From Utricularia gibba (Eukaryota; Plantae; Magnoliophyta): 64,000 bases of DNA. A program made the translations under genes and the position numbers. The notes under the pieces were generated by a model. It did not search any database and was not told where the DNA came from. It worked only from the letters and a program-made list of their open reading frames with translations. The stretch covers positions 2,480,001-2,544,000 of the forward strand of contig NEEC01000008.1 of NCBI GenBank assembly GCA_002189035.1, read 5' to 3'. Of the stretch, positions 1-11,474 are shown one piece after another; the first letter of the stretch is position 1, and each line of letters starts with the position of its first letter.

Positions 1-1
1 C

Positions 2-730
2 GAGTTCCTGTCCCTCATCAAATCTACATTCCCTTACCTGAGCTTCTCCATGCATAGATTTGATGCCAGTCGTGTCCAGGGTAAGATATCGAAATCCATT
101 CGTCAAGCCCTGGACCAGCCTCTAAACTACGCAAGAATATACATGGCAGACATCCTTCCGCCGGAGGTGAAGAGGGTCATCTATTTGGATTCAGATATCG
201 TGGTGGTGGATGACATCGCCCGCCTCTGGAGCGTCGATTTGTCGAACAAGGTGTTGGCTGCACCAGAGTACTGTCATGCAAATTTCACCAACTATTTCAC
301 AGAGGCTTTCTGGTTGGACTCCACCTTGTCCTCAACCTTCAAGGGGCGCAAGCCGTGCTACTTCAACACCGGCGTAATGGTGGTTGATGTTGAGAAATGG
401 AGGGCGGGACGATATACTGAGAAAGTGGAGGTGTGGATGATGATTCAGAAGCAGAAGAGGATTTACAACTTGGGGTCATTGCCTCCGGTTCTGCTCGTCT
501 CCGCCGGGAACATCAAACCGGTTCACCATCGATGGAACCAACACGGGCTTGGAGGTGACAACACGGAAGGCCGATGCAGGAGGCTCCACCCCGGGCCTAT
601 CAGCCTTCTCCATTGGAGCGGCAAGGGGAAGCCATGGCTGAGGCTCGACGCAAGAAGGCCCTGCACTGTTGACTACTTGTGGGCACCCTATGATCTCTAC
701 CGTTCTTCCCGTGTCGCGCTAGAAGGGTAG
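2..730 (+). CDS. GATL4: Galacturonosyltransferase-like (GT8 family) protein, GATL3/4-like; 5' end lies outside the window
   Basis: The frame is open from base 2 and intronless. It carries the GT8/GATL motifs [19 protein letters not shown] (DxD), [35 protein letters not shown] and [11 protein letters not shown], and ends [12 protein letters not shown]. The paralog number is less certain than the family. Confidence 0.93.
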   Translation, partial: EFLSLIKSTFPYLSFSMHRFDASRVQGKISKSIRQALDQPLNYARIYMADILPPEVKRVIYLDSDIVVVDDIARLWSVDLSNKVLAAPEYCHANFTNYFTEAFWLDSTLSSTFKGRKPCYFNTGVMVVDVEKWRAGRYTEKVEVWMMIQKQKRIYNLGSLPPVLLVSAGNIKPVHHRWNQHGLGGDNTEGRCRRLHPGPISLLHWSGKGKPWLRLDARRPCTVDYLWAPYDLYRSSRVALEG

Positions 731-1511
731 CTAGCAAAGGGTAGAACCACGAGAAAGAAGACCACTCCTCCTCCCATGTGAATGAATTCAAACATCTTTC
801 ATCAAAGTTCAAAGTACACAGTCTGCGGAGGCGAGTTGTTGTAGACGATCCACCCCACGAGCAGAAGAGCGGAGAGCGCCATCGGCGACCGTCTCGGACG
901 GCAGAAGCACTCGCCGAAAGCAAATGGGTAGCATCAGAAAGGATCGATGTCCCCATTCGTGATCTCTTCTGACATCACAAGCTCTCCAAACAGAAACCTC
1001 CAATCTTCAACGCATAGTTTCGTTTTCACGAAGCTCAGACCTTTTTCCTGGTTTTCAGTGCACAAAATGCCCAAAGATCCTTCACAAATCTTGGGGGTTT
1101 GTCAAAAGTCGAAAAGGCAACCGAATTGATTCCGGAGGAAATAAGTTCAGTATTAAATGAATTAACTCTATTTAAATAATACTTTACATATATATATATA
1201 TGTATCTATAAAAATATTAAATCAAATTCAACGTCAATCCAAATATAAACAAATTAGGTTTTCGTGAATTTGGGTATCTTCATGTTCTTCTTGATGGTGT
1301 CTCTCTCTCCCTGAACAAGATAAATGGCTTCTTCCAAAAGCAGTAGTTACTGAACTCAGGACACGGAAAACCTGTTTAGAGGATTAAAAGGCTTTTACAT
1401 GAGACAGAAAAGAAGATGCAGCCAACCGAAATCGTTTATTTTGTAGCTGCTGTACAAATTTTTCTCCTGTTGTGACAATGTTACAGACACGGGTGTTGAT
1501 CTACGCATGAA

Positions 1512-4500
1512 TCACATCAAGCTTGACCTCTTTTTCTTGTTCCCTCTCCAAGTCAAGCTGTTCAGGTGAGTTTTCCATGCCTGTAGACTACCTGTTTGTG
1601 AACTTCCAGCTTCACATTTGGGAGGGGCGTGGTGGAACTTGAGGCTGGTGCTCCCTGCTTCTTGCTCTCGTTCTTCATGGTCGTCATCACTGTCATCTTC
1701 TTCATCTTCTTGATTCTCTGCCTCGATCTCCATTTCATTCTTTAGACTGGGGATTTTGTTCACTGAAAAATGATTGCTTGCATGGGGCAATTCATTGCTG
1801 CTGAAGATGGTGTTGGTTGGAGGATTCTCTTTGGTCCTTTTTGCTGGATTCCTCGGGGTATCATCCTTGCTCACCGTTTTTGTCCACTGAGAATGAGCGA
1901 CTGAATCATCACGAATAAGCTCCTTTCGACGTCTCTTACCAGTAAGGAGAACATCAGCGTTGAATCCTGAACTCTTATCTGGCTTGAGTTCAGGTACATC
2001 ATAAACCCAATCTGGAACCTCATGCTCTCCCATCAGACGGGATCGGTAGTTCTCCTTTTGTCTCCTCTCTTCGTCCATTCTCTCGAATAACCGAAACTCT
2101 TCATCTGTGCGTGCTGCCAAACGATTTATTTCTCTTTCACTAGGGACATCAGTTCCAAGAGAGCTTGTACCCCTTCGCATTATTTCCTCTAACATCTCTC
2201 TTCTGTCTTGAGCTGCATTGCGTGTCAGATGAATAAGAAAATAGATTCCAGTAACATCTTTGAGTTTCCTAAGCAATATGATGGACTAACAGAAAAAATG
2301 GTGAGCATCATGGCTACAGACAAACCTGTTGAAGTCGTGTTGAAGAGTCCTGCCTGGATGACTTTTGCATCAATACCCATCTTCTGCTTAGCTCTTTCCA
2401 GGATAACCTCTTCAATTGATCCCACACTAACAAGCACAAAAACACGAACTTCCTTCTTCTGGCCAATGCGATGGGCACGATCTTCGGCCTGTTGATCCAT
2501 TTGAGGGTTCCAATCACTGTCAAAAATTATCACAGTGTCCGCCGTTTGTAAATTCAGACCAAGTCCTCCAGCTCGGGTGCTAAGAAGAAATAGGAAGTAG
2601 GCAGAGTCTGGAGCATTAAATTGCTTGAGTAATTCTCCCCTATCATGGGTTTTGGTGTTTCCATCAAGTCTCAAAAATGGAAAGCCTTTCAACGTCAGAT
2701 AGTCTCCAATAATAGACATGAGCCGTGTCATTTGTGAAAACAGGAGGACCCTGTGCCCAGCCTTCTGAAGCTTAGGGAGCAGTCGATCAAGAAGCTCAAA
2801 TTTCCCAGATGCCCTGATCATCTCTTCACTTCCTCTTGGCACAAAATATTCACCAAGAAACAGATAGGGATGATTACAGCATTTTCTTAGCTGCATAGTA
2901 AGGTTCTGAAGACTTTTAGGTCTGCCACTACCTGCATATTTAAGATGATGACTTTCTCCAAGTTAAAAATAAAAAGAAACAACTATCATTTTCCGAACAT
3001 CATATTTTACATGGAACTCACCATGACCCAGGCCTACTCTGCCCATTTCAGTTACTTGCTGGTAATACACTTTCTGCCATGCAGACATGTCACACTTTAA
3101 TATAACCTGAATTTTACTGGGCAAATACTTCTCAACCTCATCTTTCTTCCTCCTCAGTATAAATGGCCTTATGACCTGAAAGCAGATGAGAAAATGAGCA
3201 GGAGGCTAAGTAAGCATTATAACATGGTGCAGCATAAGAACCGAAAGATACATGATGCAAGCGGCGAATAATTAACAGCTGTTCTTCGTCTGTTAGGGTG
3301 ACATCACATTTATCCGCAAATGGCGCATTAAACCAATCCTCAAAGTTTTCAACTGAATTAAAGATTGTGGGAAGTAGAAAATTAAGTAGCGACCACAATT
3401 CTTGTAAGCTGTTCTGTATAGGAGTGCCAGTCAATAGAAGACGTCGACGAATACGGTAACTGTCAAAAAAGATAGATAAAGGTATCAGATAGTATCTACA
3501 AAACATATTTGAACGACTTAAGTTCATGCTTCATTAACATACCCGGAAACCAAAGTCCGTGCAAGAACACAGTCAGAATTTTTCAGTCTATGTCCTTCGT
3601 CAACAACAAGGTAGTACCAATGAATTTTTCTTAAAAATGCCTTATCCCGTATTATGAGATCATAATGTGTAATCATAACATTGAATTTCCCTTCTCCGGA
3701 ATACTCCTCTCTCAAGGCCTTTCGTTCATCCACACGCCCATCATAAAGGACGGCAATAATGCTGAAGTAGTTGGTGTGCTATCAGTAATGACGCATAAAC
3801 CTCTCAACACATCCACATAGAGAGAAAGCATACCTTGGAGCCCAAGTCGTGAACTCATTAATCCAATTTGGGAGAACAGCCTTTGGAGCGACAATTAAGT
3901 GAGGCCCAGATACACCCTTATTTTCAATAAGGTAAGCAATCAAGGAAATGGTTTGAATTGTTTTACCCAGCCCCATTTCATCTGCAAGTATTCCATTTAA
4001 GTTATTATTAAATAAAGACAGCATCCATTGCAGCCCCTCCAACTGGTACGGCCTCAACTCTCCACCCTGAAGTAAACTTGGTTGTTCCGTCACCTGTATT
4101 TATTTTTGACAAGTTAGATCAAGAGTATATAAAACTGAAGAGCTATGAGATGGAAAACTGAAGAATAATCTTTAGCCATCATGGGAAAAAGAATAAAGAA
4201 GGCTCGTAGCATAAATTTTGTGTGTCAGCAAACATACAAAAGCTATTGATCAAAATAATGATGAAAAACAAGGAAAATTAGAGGGAGATGAGCGAGATAA
4301 ATGGCAACTGTAACATCTTAAAAACGCAGTGTAATCTTAAATTTTGTATGTAATCTATACTTGATGGATCATACCTTTTCCTGAATCGAGTGCACAACAG
4401 AATTATACCTCCTTTGCCCTTCAAGCAAGTCACCCGTCTTTCCTTCATCAATGGTTTCCTCATCTTCATCAGACTGAGGAGTATCTGTTTTTGAAGCAGA

Positions 4501-7179
4501 TAAATCAGGCTGTGTAGCATCGGAATCTTTCAGGGGTTCAATGCCATCATAGCCTGCATCCTTTTGACGCTGAACAGCAGCCTTGAGACTAGTAAATAGA
4601 TCATTCGTTTTCTGTAGGAGCATTGTAAGTCTTTCATTCTTGCTCTCCTCAACCATTTTCATGTATGCTTCTTGATCATCAGCTTTCAGGGCTTGGAATC
4701 TCAACTTTTCAGCTCTTGTCGCCCGCTGCCTCAGCCTCCCATGCCAAGCCTGAACATATGCTAAGAACTTAGCCACCAATAGGAGAGAGCAGAACATGGC
4801 CCATTGGGCAAATCATTGCAGCTCATATTTTTTCGAGTTTCAGAAGCAAGCAACAAGAAAAAATGCATTTTGAAGAGCATTGCAAGTTTTTGAGCAGAAC
4901 TGAAAAGGAATGATACCAATGAAGTAGGAACATCAAAGCACCAGACAGGTACACAACAAAAACATACATATTGCATTTCATAATGAATACTTGTGCCTCC
5001 TCCACAGATATCTGTCTCTATGTATGATTATATGTATCTACGTATTTCAAATAATCTTTGAAGCATCTTGTCTTCCATTTAGGTTTGATTGTTCCAGTTT
5101 GATTAAATTTATCAGTACGAACCTGAACACCATCATTCTTGAGCTTACGCCGCTTCTGAACTGCCTGTATTTGATTTTGGAGTTCACGTGCTGCACTGAT
5201 CAACTCGATGAAGAATTTCCTTTTTCTACTCTCTATACGATTCCTCTCCTCTTCTTCAAACCTTGATAATCTCTGGATAGATGGTAAACGCACATCATTT
5301 GATTTATCTGGTAGATACTAATACATGTATCCAAATGACTATTCACTATATTAGTAAATGATTAAAGTAAGAGGTGATTCTCACCTCAGCCTCTCTTTTT
5401 TTCTTCAGAGGGTCATTAGGATCCATAGCAAAAACATCTTCAATGCCAAAAGGACGGCGTAAGCGCATCATTCCCCAGTCAAAGAGCTGCTTCTCAGGAT
5501 TTGCACAGTGCAAGCGAAGCCAATATTCATTGCTCACTTCGCATCTTACCTTATTTTGCAGCTCGGACAGCTGATATAAAAATAATAAAAAATATACATA
5601 TCAAAAACCAAAAAAAAAAGAAGGAATTCCAGGCTGACTAAAAAGGATACTTAGAAAACGATTAGCTACTTCCACGAGAAGCAGTAATGTTTTAATTCTA
5701 GCATGCTTCGTAACCCAGGAGACCCTTCTTTTCAGTAAATTCTAAAAGATATCATATCGAAATTCTACCTTGAGTCCATATAGTTCTAGAAAACATCTTG
5801 ATTGCAGTTCATCTCCTCTGCTAGTTGGAAGCTCTGCTCAAAAAGAAACATAACATAATTGGAGTGATGAAAATTTTATATATGATAGCAAATGATTAGG
5901 CACCGAGAAAAATATTTAAACGCTCAAGGGTTTTTTTTTTTTTGGATAAGTATAAACGTTCAAGAGTTATAAAAGGACAATCAGTACCAGTTCAAAAACC
6001 TCATGGAAATGAATAATTCAATTACACACACGCATTACCACCTTAAACAGCACTTCTTAGCAATATATTTCAAACATCTAAGAGTGGGTATCCCAAAAAC
6101 AAGAAGCAAAGGACTTGATATGTACAACATTTAAGATCACAAAATACCACTTCAGCGAAAACAATTGCTCCGCAGTAATATGGCTTGGAATCAACAGAAA
6201 GCATGTGATAGATGCAAAGAAGCCATGTAATGGCGTCCTTTATGTCAACAGATGAAGGGTCTTTGGATGGCATAGTTTCATAACCATAAGTAGCCCCATC
6301 CACTGAATGTAAAACTCGCCACATTGATAACATATACATCCATGTGTATTCAGAATGGATTCAGTGTTCTTTGGAAATATGGATGTAAATAAAAAAAATT
6401 CTGACCAGATAGTTTGCTAAGCTAATTATTAATATTCCTGTCTCCATTTGACAGGAAGTGCCATTTACCACGCAATTGGGAGCAATAGTTAAAAAAATAC
6501 CAATTAAATCATCTCCATGCTACAATATTTCAAAACAGTTACCCTCAAGTTCTGCTAATCGACTACTAATCCGGCTTTGAAATCTATTCTCTCGCAACTC
6601 GGACAATCTTGAACTACTCAAACAAACAGATCTCTGATTCTGTACAGCATCTTCAAAATCTGACATTAAATCTTCATAACTTGAAGTAGCAGAATATTTC
6701 TGTGGCATTATAAGAAGAACCGAGTTACAGTAACAGATATGAGCAGCATAACTAACAAAGAGAGAGATAAACAGCGGAACAAAGTGGGAAACATCATAAT
6801 CAGCCCCAAAAGGGACACAAAAAATATACGCATGAACCCAGTTCTAAGAACACAGATGCCAATCACCCCCAACATCACAGAAGAAACAACCCATGAAAAA
6901 AGAATGCAAAACATAACCCCGAACCTCGTGTTGCGCGGACACAGCTCCGCTTCCAACATCATTCCCAACTTGAGCATGAGAGGAATCAGGGCGGCAAATG
7001 GAGGAAACCGCGTCATATACATGCGGAGGCAAGGGCAAATTGCGAGAGAGAAAATTGAGTGCGCAGATCAGCGTCCTGGCGCTGTCAAGCTGGTTTCGGG
7101 GCTGAGCCTCAGCCTGGGCCGCAGGAGGAGCCAATTTCTGGGAGACGGAGGACTCAGGCTCCGACACCTGTGCAACCAT
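1512..7179 (-). CDS. CHR12: SWI2/SNF2 chromatin-remodeling ATPase, CHR12/CHR23 (MINU) type, 12 exons
   Basis: N-terminal [15 protein letters not shown]; SNF2 motifs [64 protein letters not shown] and [11 protein letters not shown]; SnAC-like [10 protein letters not shown]. All exons join in frame through GT-AG junctions (exon 1 is 7179-6925; the last exon ends at 1512). Confidence 0.95.
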
Positions 7180-7319
7180 GGCGGGAAGGAAGAGCAGAAT
7201 ACGGCGTCGTGCGAGTGATATTTGAAAATTATCGCCTTCGTTGTAGCGGGCTTAGCTTTTTTACGATCCAAAATTCCAAAATAAATAATAAAAATTGAGA
7301 CGCCAATGTTTTTTCTGAT

Positions 7320-7510
7320 TTCAAGGGTTAGGGTTTCCGATTGGGCGGATTTACCTGTCGCCAGCGGCGGGAGCGCCGAAACAAGCCATTTTACAGAGGT
7401 ACCCCTATTAAACCTCTCTGCAGTTCTGGGCCCAGACCCCCCCATAAATGGGCTTCGGCAACCCCATTCCAGGGTTCTGAAGCCCATTAAAAATTCTAAC
7501 CCTAAACTAA
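7320..7510 (-). promoter_or_regulatory. CHR12 proximal promoter with telobox-like and site II motifs
   Basis: AGGGTTAGGGTTT at about 7324-7336 and CTAACCCTAAAC at about 7496; TGGGCC/TGGGCT/AGCCCA at about 7427-7485. The telobox plus site II pairing is typical of genes expressed in dividing plant cells. Confidence 0.55.
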
Positions 7511-9697
7511 ATAAAACTGCGTTATTATAATTAAAAATATAAACTTTATAAACATATATTTTAAATATATTTATTATATCAATTCAAAATAAATTAAAAA
7601 ATATTTCAAAATATAAACCTTATAAAATATATATATCTGAGTTGTGATCTTCTTAATTTTATGTGAATGAATGAATAGCTTTAGGTTATAAGACCCTACC
7701 TAATCCAAAGAAGAATGTAAATACATATGAATCTTATATTGATTACGGATGAGATAAATATACTTTCTCTAATCTTGTATGAAATTTTTTCACAAACATA
7801 ACAAAGTATTCTTGATAAAAACTTTAAAATTAACTATGTTTGATTCAAGGTAATTTTAGAATGAATGACTATCATAAAACGTAAAACCATGAAAATTAGG
7901 AGTTTTAAGTATAGAATATGGTGTAAAAGTAGTTATTGACATTTGGTGGGGTGGGGTTGGGCAATACAATGATTGCTACCATTCAAGGAGTGTAGGACAT
8001 CATGTTTGGGAATCTTCTCTCCATATTCCACGCTTTTGGCGTCCCTACTCAGAGTTTGAATTCAGCTTGGATGCGTGCATCGTATCCGCAAAGCCCCAGA
8101 TTCGGATTCATCCCTATTCCCCTTTCTTCGCTGTCTGAACATGACAATTAATCAGCTGCTGCACTGTATGTAATAAACCCTCCTGCTTCTGCCTTATTGT
8201 ATGTTGTTGTCTGATTCGTAGATGTCTTCCATCTGGGGTGAGGTGGGGGAAGATGCATGAATCTGGAGGGCAAAAAGCAGGGGATTTTATGTGCACTGAA
8301 ACCAGTAGTAGCATCCAGAAAAGGGCAAGCAGGGGGTCTCACTCCAGTCACAGAAATTAGGCGCATCGTTGGATATGGGAATGTGGTCCTTCTCCTCACT
8401 CGCTACAGCAACCCGCTCCCTTGTCGTTTTACACCCAAAAGCACCCTTTCAACATGAAAATCAAAAGCGCCCCAGCCACCCCCAAAGTCATGCAATCAAA
8501 ACTAAACGCGTTGGCAAAGCACCATTTTTAAATGGCACATCCCCCTCAAACAAATTACCCAACATTTCGAGCCTTTTGGTTTCTACTATACTAGAAATTC
8601 CGGAGATTGATAAATAGAACGAGTACACGTCAAATTTAAATACATAAAAAATATAAATTATATTAAAAAAGATTTGATTCAATTGATTACTAATAATTTG
8701 TAATTTCGTATATACTTTTGTTTTTATTTTATATCATGATGTGAAATTATGTGTTCTAATGTAGTGCACACCCAATATGATCCAAGAGCCCCCAATTGAT
8801 CTTATTGAAGAGATTAAAGAGACTCCATAGAATTTGGTTTATTTGATCATGGAGAGCCTTTCAGTTTCGTAGAATGGGTAGAGAGAGCATGATATATATG
8901 TGAAAGAATCGATCATCCTAAGTGTAATTTAATTTATTTTAGTATGTAAAAAATAACATAATATTGATCATATTTGTAAACGATAATAATGATAGCTCCA
9001 AAGTCATCTTTTTAATAGTTTTATGAGTACATCTTTAATGCACCTCTCACTTTTAAAAGTATATTCCAATTTAGGAATTTTTGTATGATGAATTCAATTG
9101 ATTTTATTTATATTTAATATAAAATATTATAAAAATAAATATTATTTTTAATTTCAACTTTTTATTTTTTTAAAAGGTATTGTATTTAAACCAAGATCAT
9201 GTTGAACCCATGACTTTTTTCACCTTTTTGATTTTGGTGTCGTGTGGTGACTACTGGTGATGCACGTCCCGACCACTCTATGTCCAAGCGCGATGACGTC
9301 ATGCAAATTAGCATATAAAAACTTTCATTTATTCACCAAAGTGCATCGAAATTATCATTTATTCATTTTTGTCCTCGTTTTACATGTGTTTGAGATTGAG
9401 ATGATGCTGAATTGAATTTTAATATGTTTTATTTATAAATATCAATCTTGTCTTTTTATTGTTTTATTGTGATAAAGATAATTAAAAAAAGGGGGAGAAT
9501 ATTACATATTCGGATGATGTGAATTTCCATCTGTCCGAATGCCTACCAAAATTAGTGTTGGCCAGTCGTCGCCAATTTATTTGCTTTTTGGGAAAAGAAA
9601 GATTTTTTTTTCACTTTGTGGACACTACAAATTCAGCTCCTCCACCCGCTCCTCTTCTTCATAAGCCTTCAATTTTCCCTCTGCATCTCCGGGTGTG

Positions 9698-10264
9698 ATG
9701 TCGAATCTGTATTTGTTTTCCGATCCCACCTCCAAACCAGAAGATGACAAGCCTCCAACGGAGGAGGTTTTCCACGCCAAATCATCATCGTTTCGGGGGT
9801 TGAGTGCCATGTCCCTGGAACTGTGCACTGAGAATCTAGGAAGTGAGACAGGGAGTGATATGTCATCGCCGCCGCACAGCCCCACAGGCTCCGCCGTGAA
9901 TTGGGTCGTTGATTTCGAACGGAAGATGCGCCCTCCGACAAACCCACATCGCCGATGGGATAGGAGCTTCCCTCCGCCGTTGACGACTATGAGCAGCAGT
10001 AGCAGCAGCACTCTGCGAGTCCACCGATGCGTAGAAAGCGGGAGGCTGATCATTGACGCGGTGGAAGCGCCTTACAGAAGCAGCAATCTCCAGGCGGAGC
10101 GGTCCGACGGTAGGCTGAAACTTTCCTTCACAAGGGGAGACGAGGAAGAACCCGAAACAGAGATGGAGCAGTTCCAGAGGCCAAACTGGCGCACCGATGG
10201 GTGCCATGGAACCGAGAGCGGTGCGATGAGTGGAAGCCTGCCCTATGGGTGGTCATCTGAATGA
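9698..10264 (+). CDS. FAF: FANTASTIC FOUR (FAF domain) protein, intronless
   Basis: SLELCTENLGSETGSD motif and the FAF domain RSFPPPLTTM...ESGRLIIDAV...LQAERSDGRLKLSF. An in-frame TAA lies at 9662 and the first ATG at 9698. The last ~15 residues may be frameshifted (see findings). Confidence 0.92.
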   Translation: MSNLYLFSDPTSKPEDDKPPTEEVFHAKSSSFRGLSAMSLELCTENLGSETGSDMSSPPHSPTGSAVNWVVDFERKMRPPTNPHRRWDRSFPPPLTTMSSSSSSTLRVHRCVESGRLIIDAVEAPYRSSNLQAERSDGRLKLSFTRGDEEEPETEMEQFQRPNWRTDGCHGTESGAMSGSLPYGWSSE

Positions 10265-11474
10265 GTCGCCGCCGGGCAACTGCAATTTACTGCAGATGGA
10301 ACGGAGCTACAGCTACTACTGCAAATTTATGAGCGTGATTCTTACTAAAAATAGCAATAACCATCATATAATAATTATTAATATTGGCCCCAGGCGCTAG
10401 TATTTCCATTTTCGAGATGGGAAATGTACGGGTTTTCAGGTTATATGAAAAGGGTGTCCCGTGGTGTGCCAACTCAGGGAACAACAAATTAATTTTCGCC
10501 CAGAAACAATCATATTTTTAATCATTTGTTATTTGGTTGAAAACCATGAGTTTGAACACTACACATGAGGGGCACTGCACTTTGTTGGTTGTCATTGTTG
10601 CTCCCTGTTGGTGTACGGCGTGTCCCTCCACATTCCAATGGTCGACCTGCTGCTGCTGCTGTTCAGAAAATGAGGAGTTTCGCTTCGCCGCCTTTGGAAA
10701 ACTGTATTCAAGTACTTACCACAATATTTATCAACAAGACAGGACATGGGTACGACGGAAATGAATCAAATCAAATCACACAAGAGGCCATGGCCATGGC
10801 ATTTACATGTCCTTTTTTCTTCTTTTTACCTCTGGAAGCAGTTCTCTGGAACACCATCAACCTTAGCTTTTAGCTTCTGAAGACAAGTTGATCCAAAGGA
10901 ACCTTAGCCATTAGCACCAGCACAGAGCGTTCACATATTATTGACCACATAAAAACCGTCAACTAGGGGGAGGAGTCAGTGTAACACGATATATATACAT
11001 TATACAGTAGTGGTTTCATGAACACAGGTTTAACCAAAATGGATTACATAATTGGCAAGGGATAAATATGTAAAAGATGTTTGTTCCAGAAGGAATAGTA
11101 GCAAATGATGCAGGCACGCAAGTCATGCTACCAGGATATTTGTTGCACCTGAAATAGTATGTGTGGTTCATAGAGGGAAAGAAAAAAAAGACTGCATATA
11201 GACTAACCAAGCAAAGGTGAAAACAAGGATAAAGCATCTGCTGTTATGTTTCAGTCAAAACTCGGATTGTAATAATGCGCAGGAATAAAAGATATACAGA
11301 AAATTTGTATCAGAAGCACGTAGCCTTAAAGCCTATGGATCATCTTCCTTGCACATTATATAAGCAAAAGTTTTGTATTTCATCCCGCATTTCAATAATG
11401 AACAGCTTTTTAATTAAAATACATCCTTCCTAAGAAGGCTGTTAGCATAGGGTGTACTTGTGAGATTTACCCGT

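Noticed and set aside
600-1129. Short ORFs downstream of GATL
   Set aside because: They are overlapping and motif-free and lie in the convergent 3' UTR region.
6070-6400. 89-aa ORF and small hairpins in CHR12 intron 2 as a possible snoRNA
   Set aside because: There are no properly placed H/ACA or C/D boxes, and 7-8 bp stems are expected by chance.
6739-7487. 159-aa plus and 139-aa minus ORFs around CHR12 exon 1
   Set aside because: They are shadow frames of a GC-rich first exon, intron and promoter.
7945-8485. Telomerase RNA gene (G-rich 5' end, C-rich 3' end, TAAACCCT at 8174)
   Set aside because: There is no upstream USE/TATA Pol III promoter, the template match is only 8 nt and too far from the 5' end, and the span exceeds typical plant TRs.
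9623-9630. CACTACAA as a CACTA terminus
   Set aside because: I found no matching inverted end, TSD or transposase.
9625-10207. Antisense ORFs over FAF
   Set aside because: They are explained by codon bias of the GC-rich FAF coding strand.
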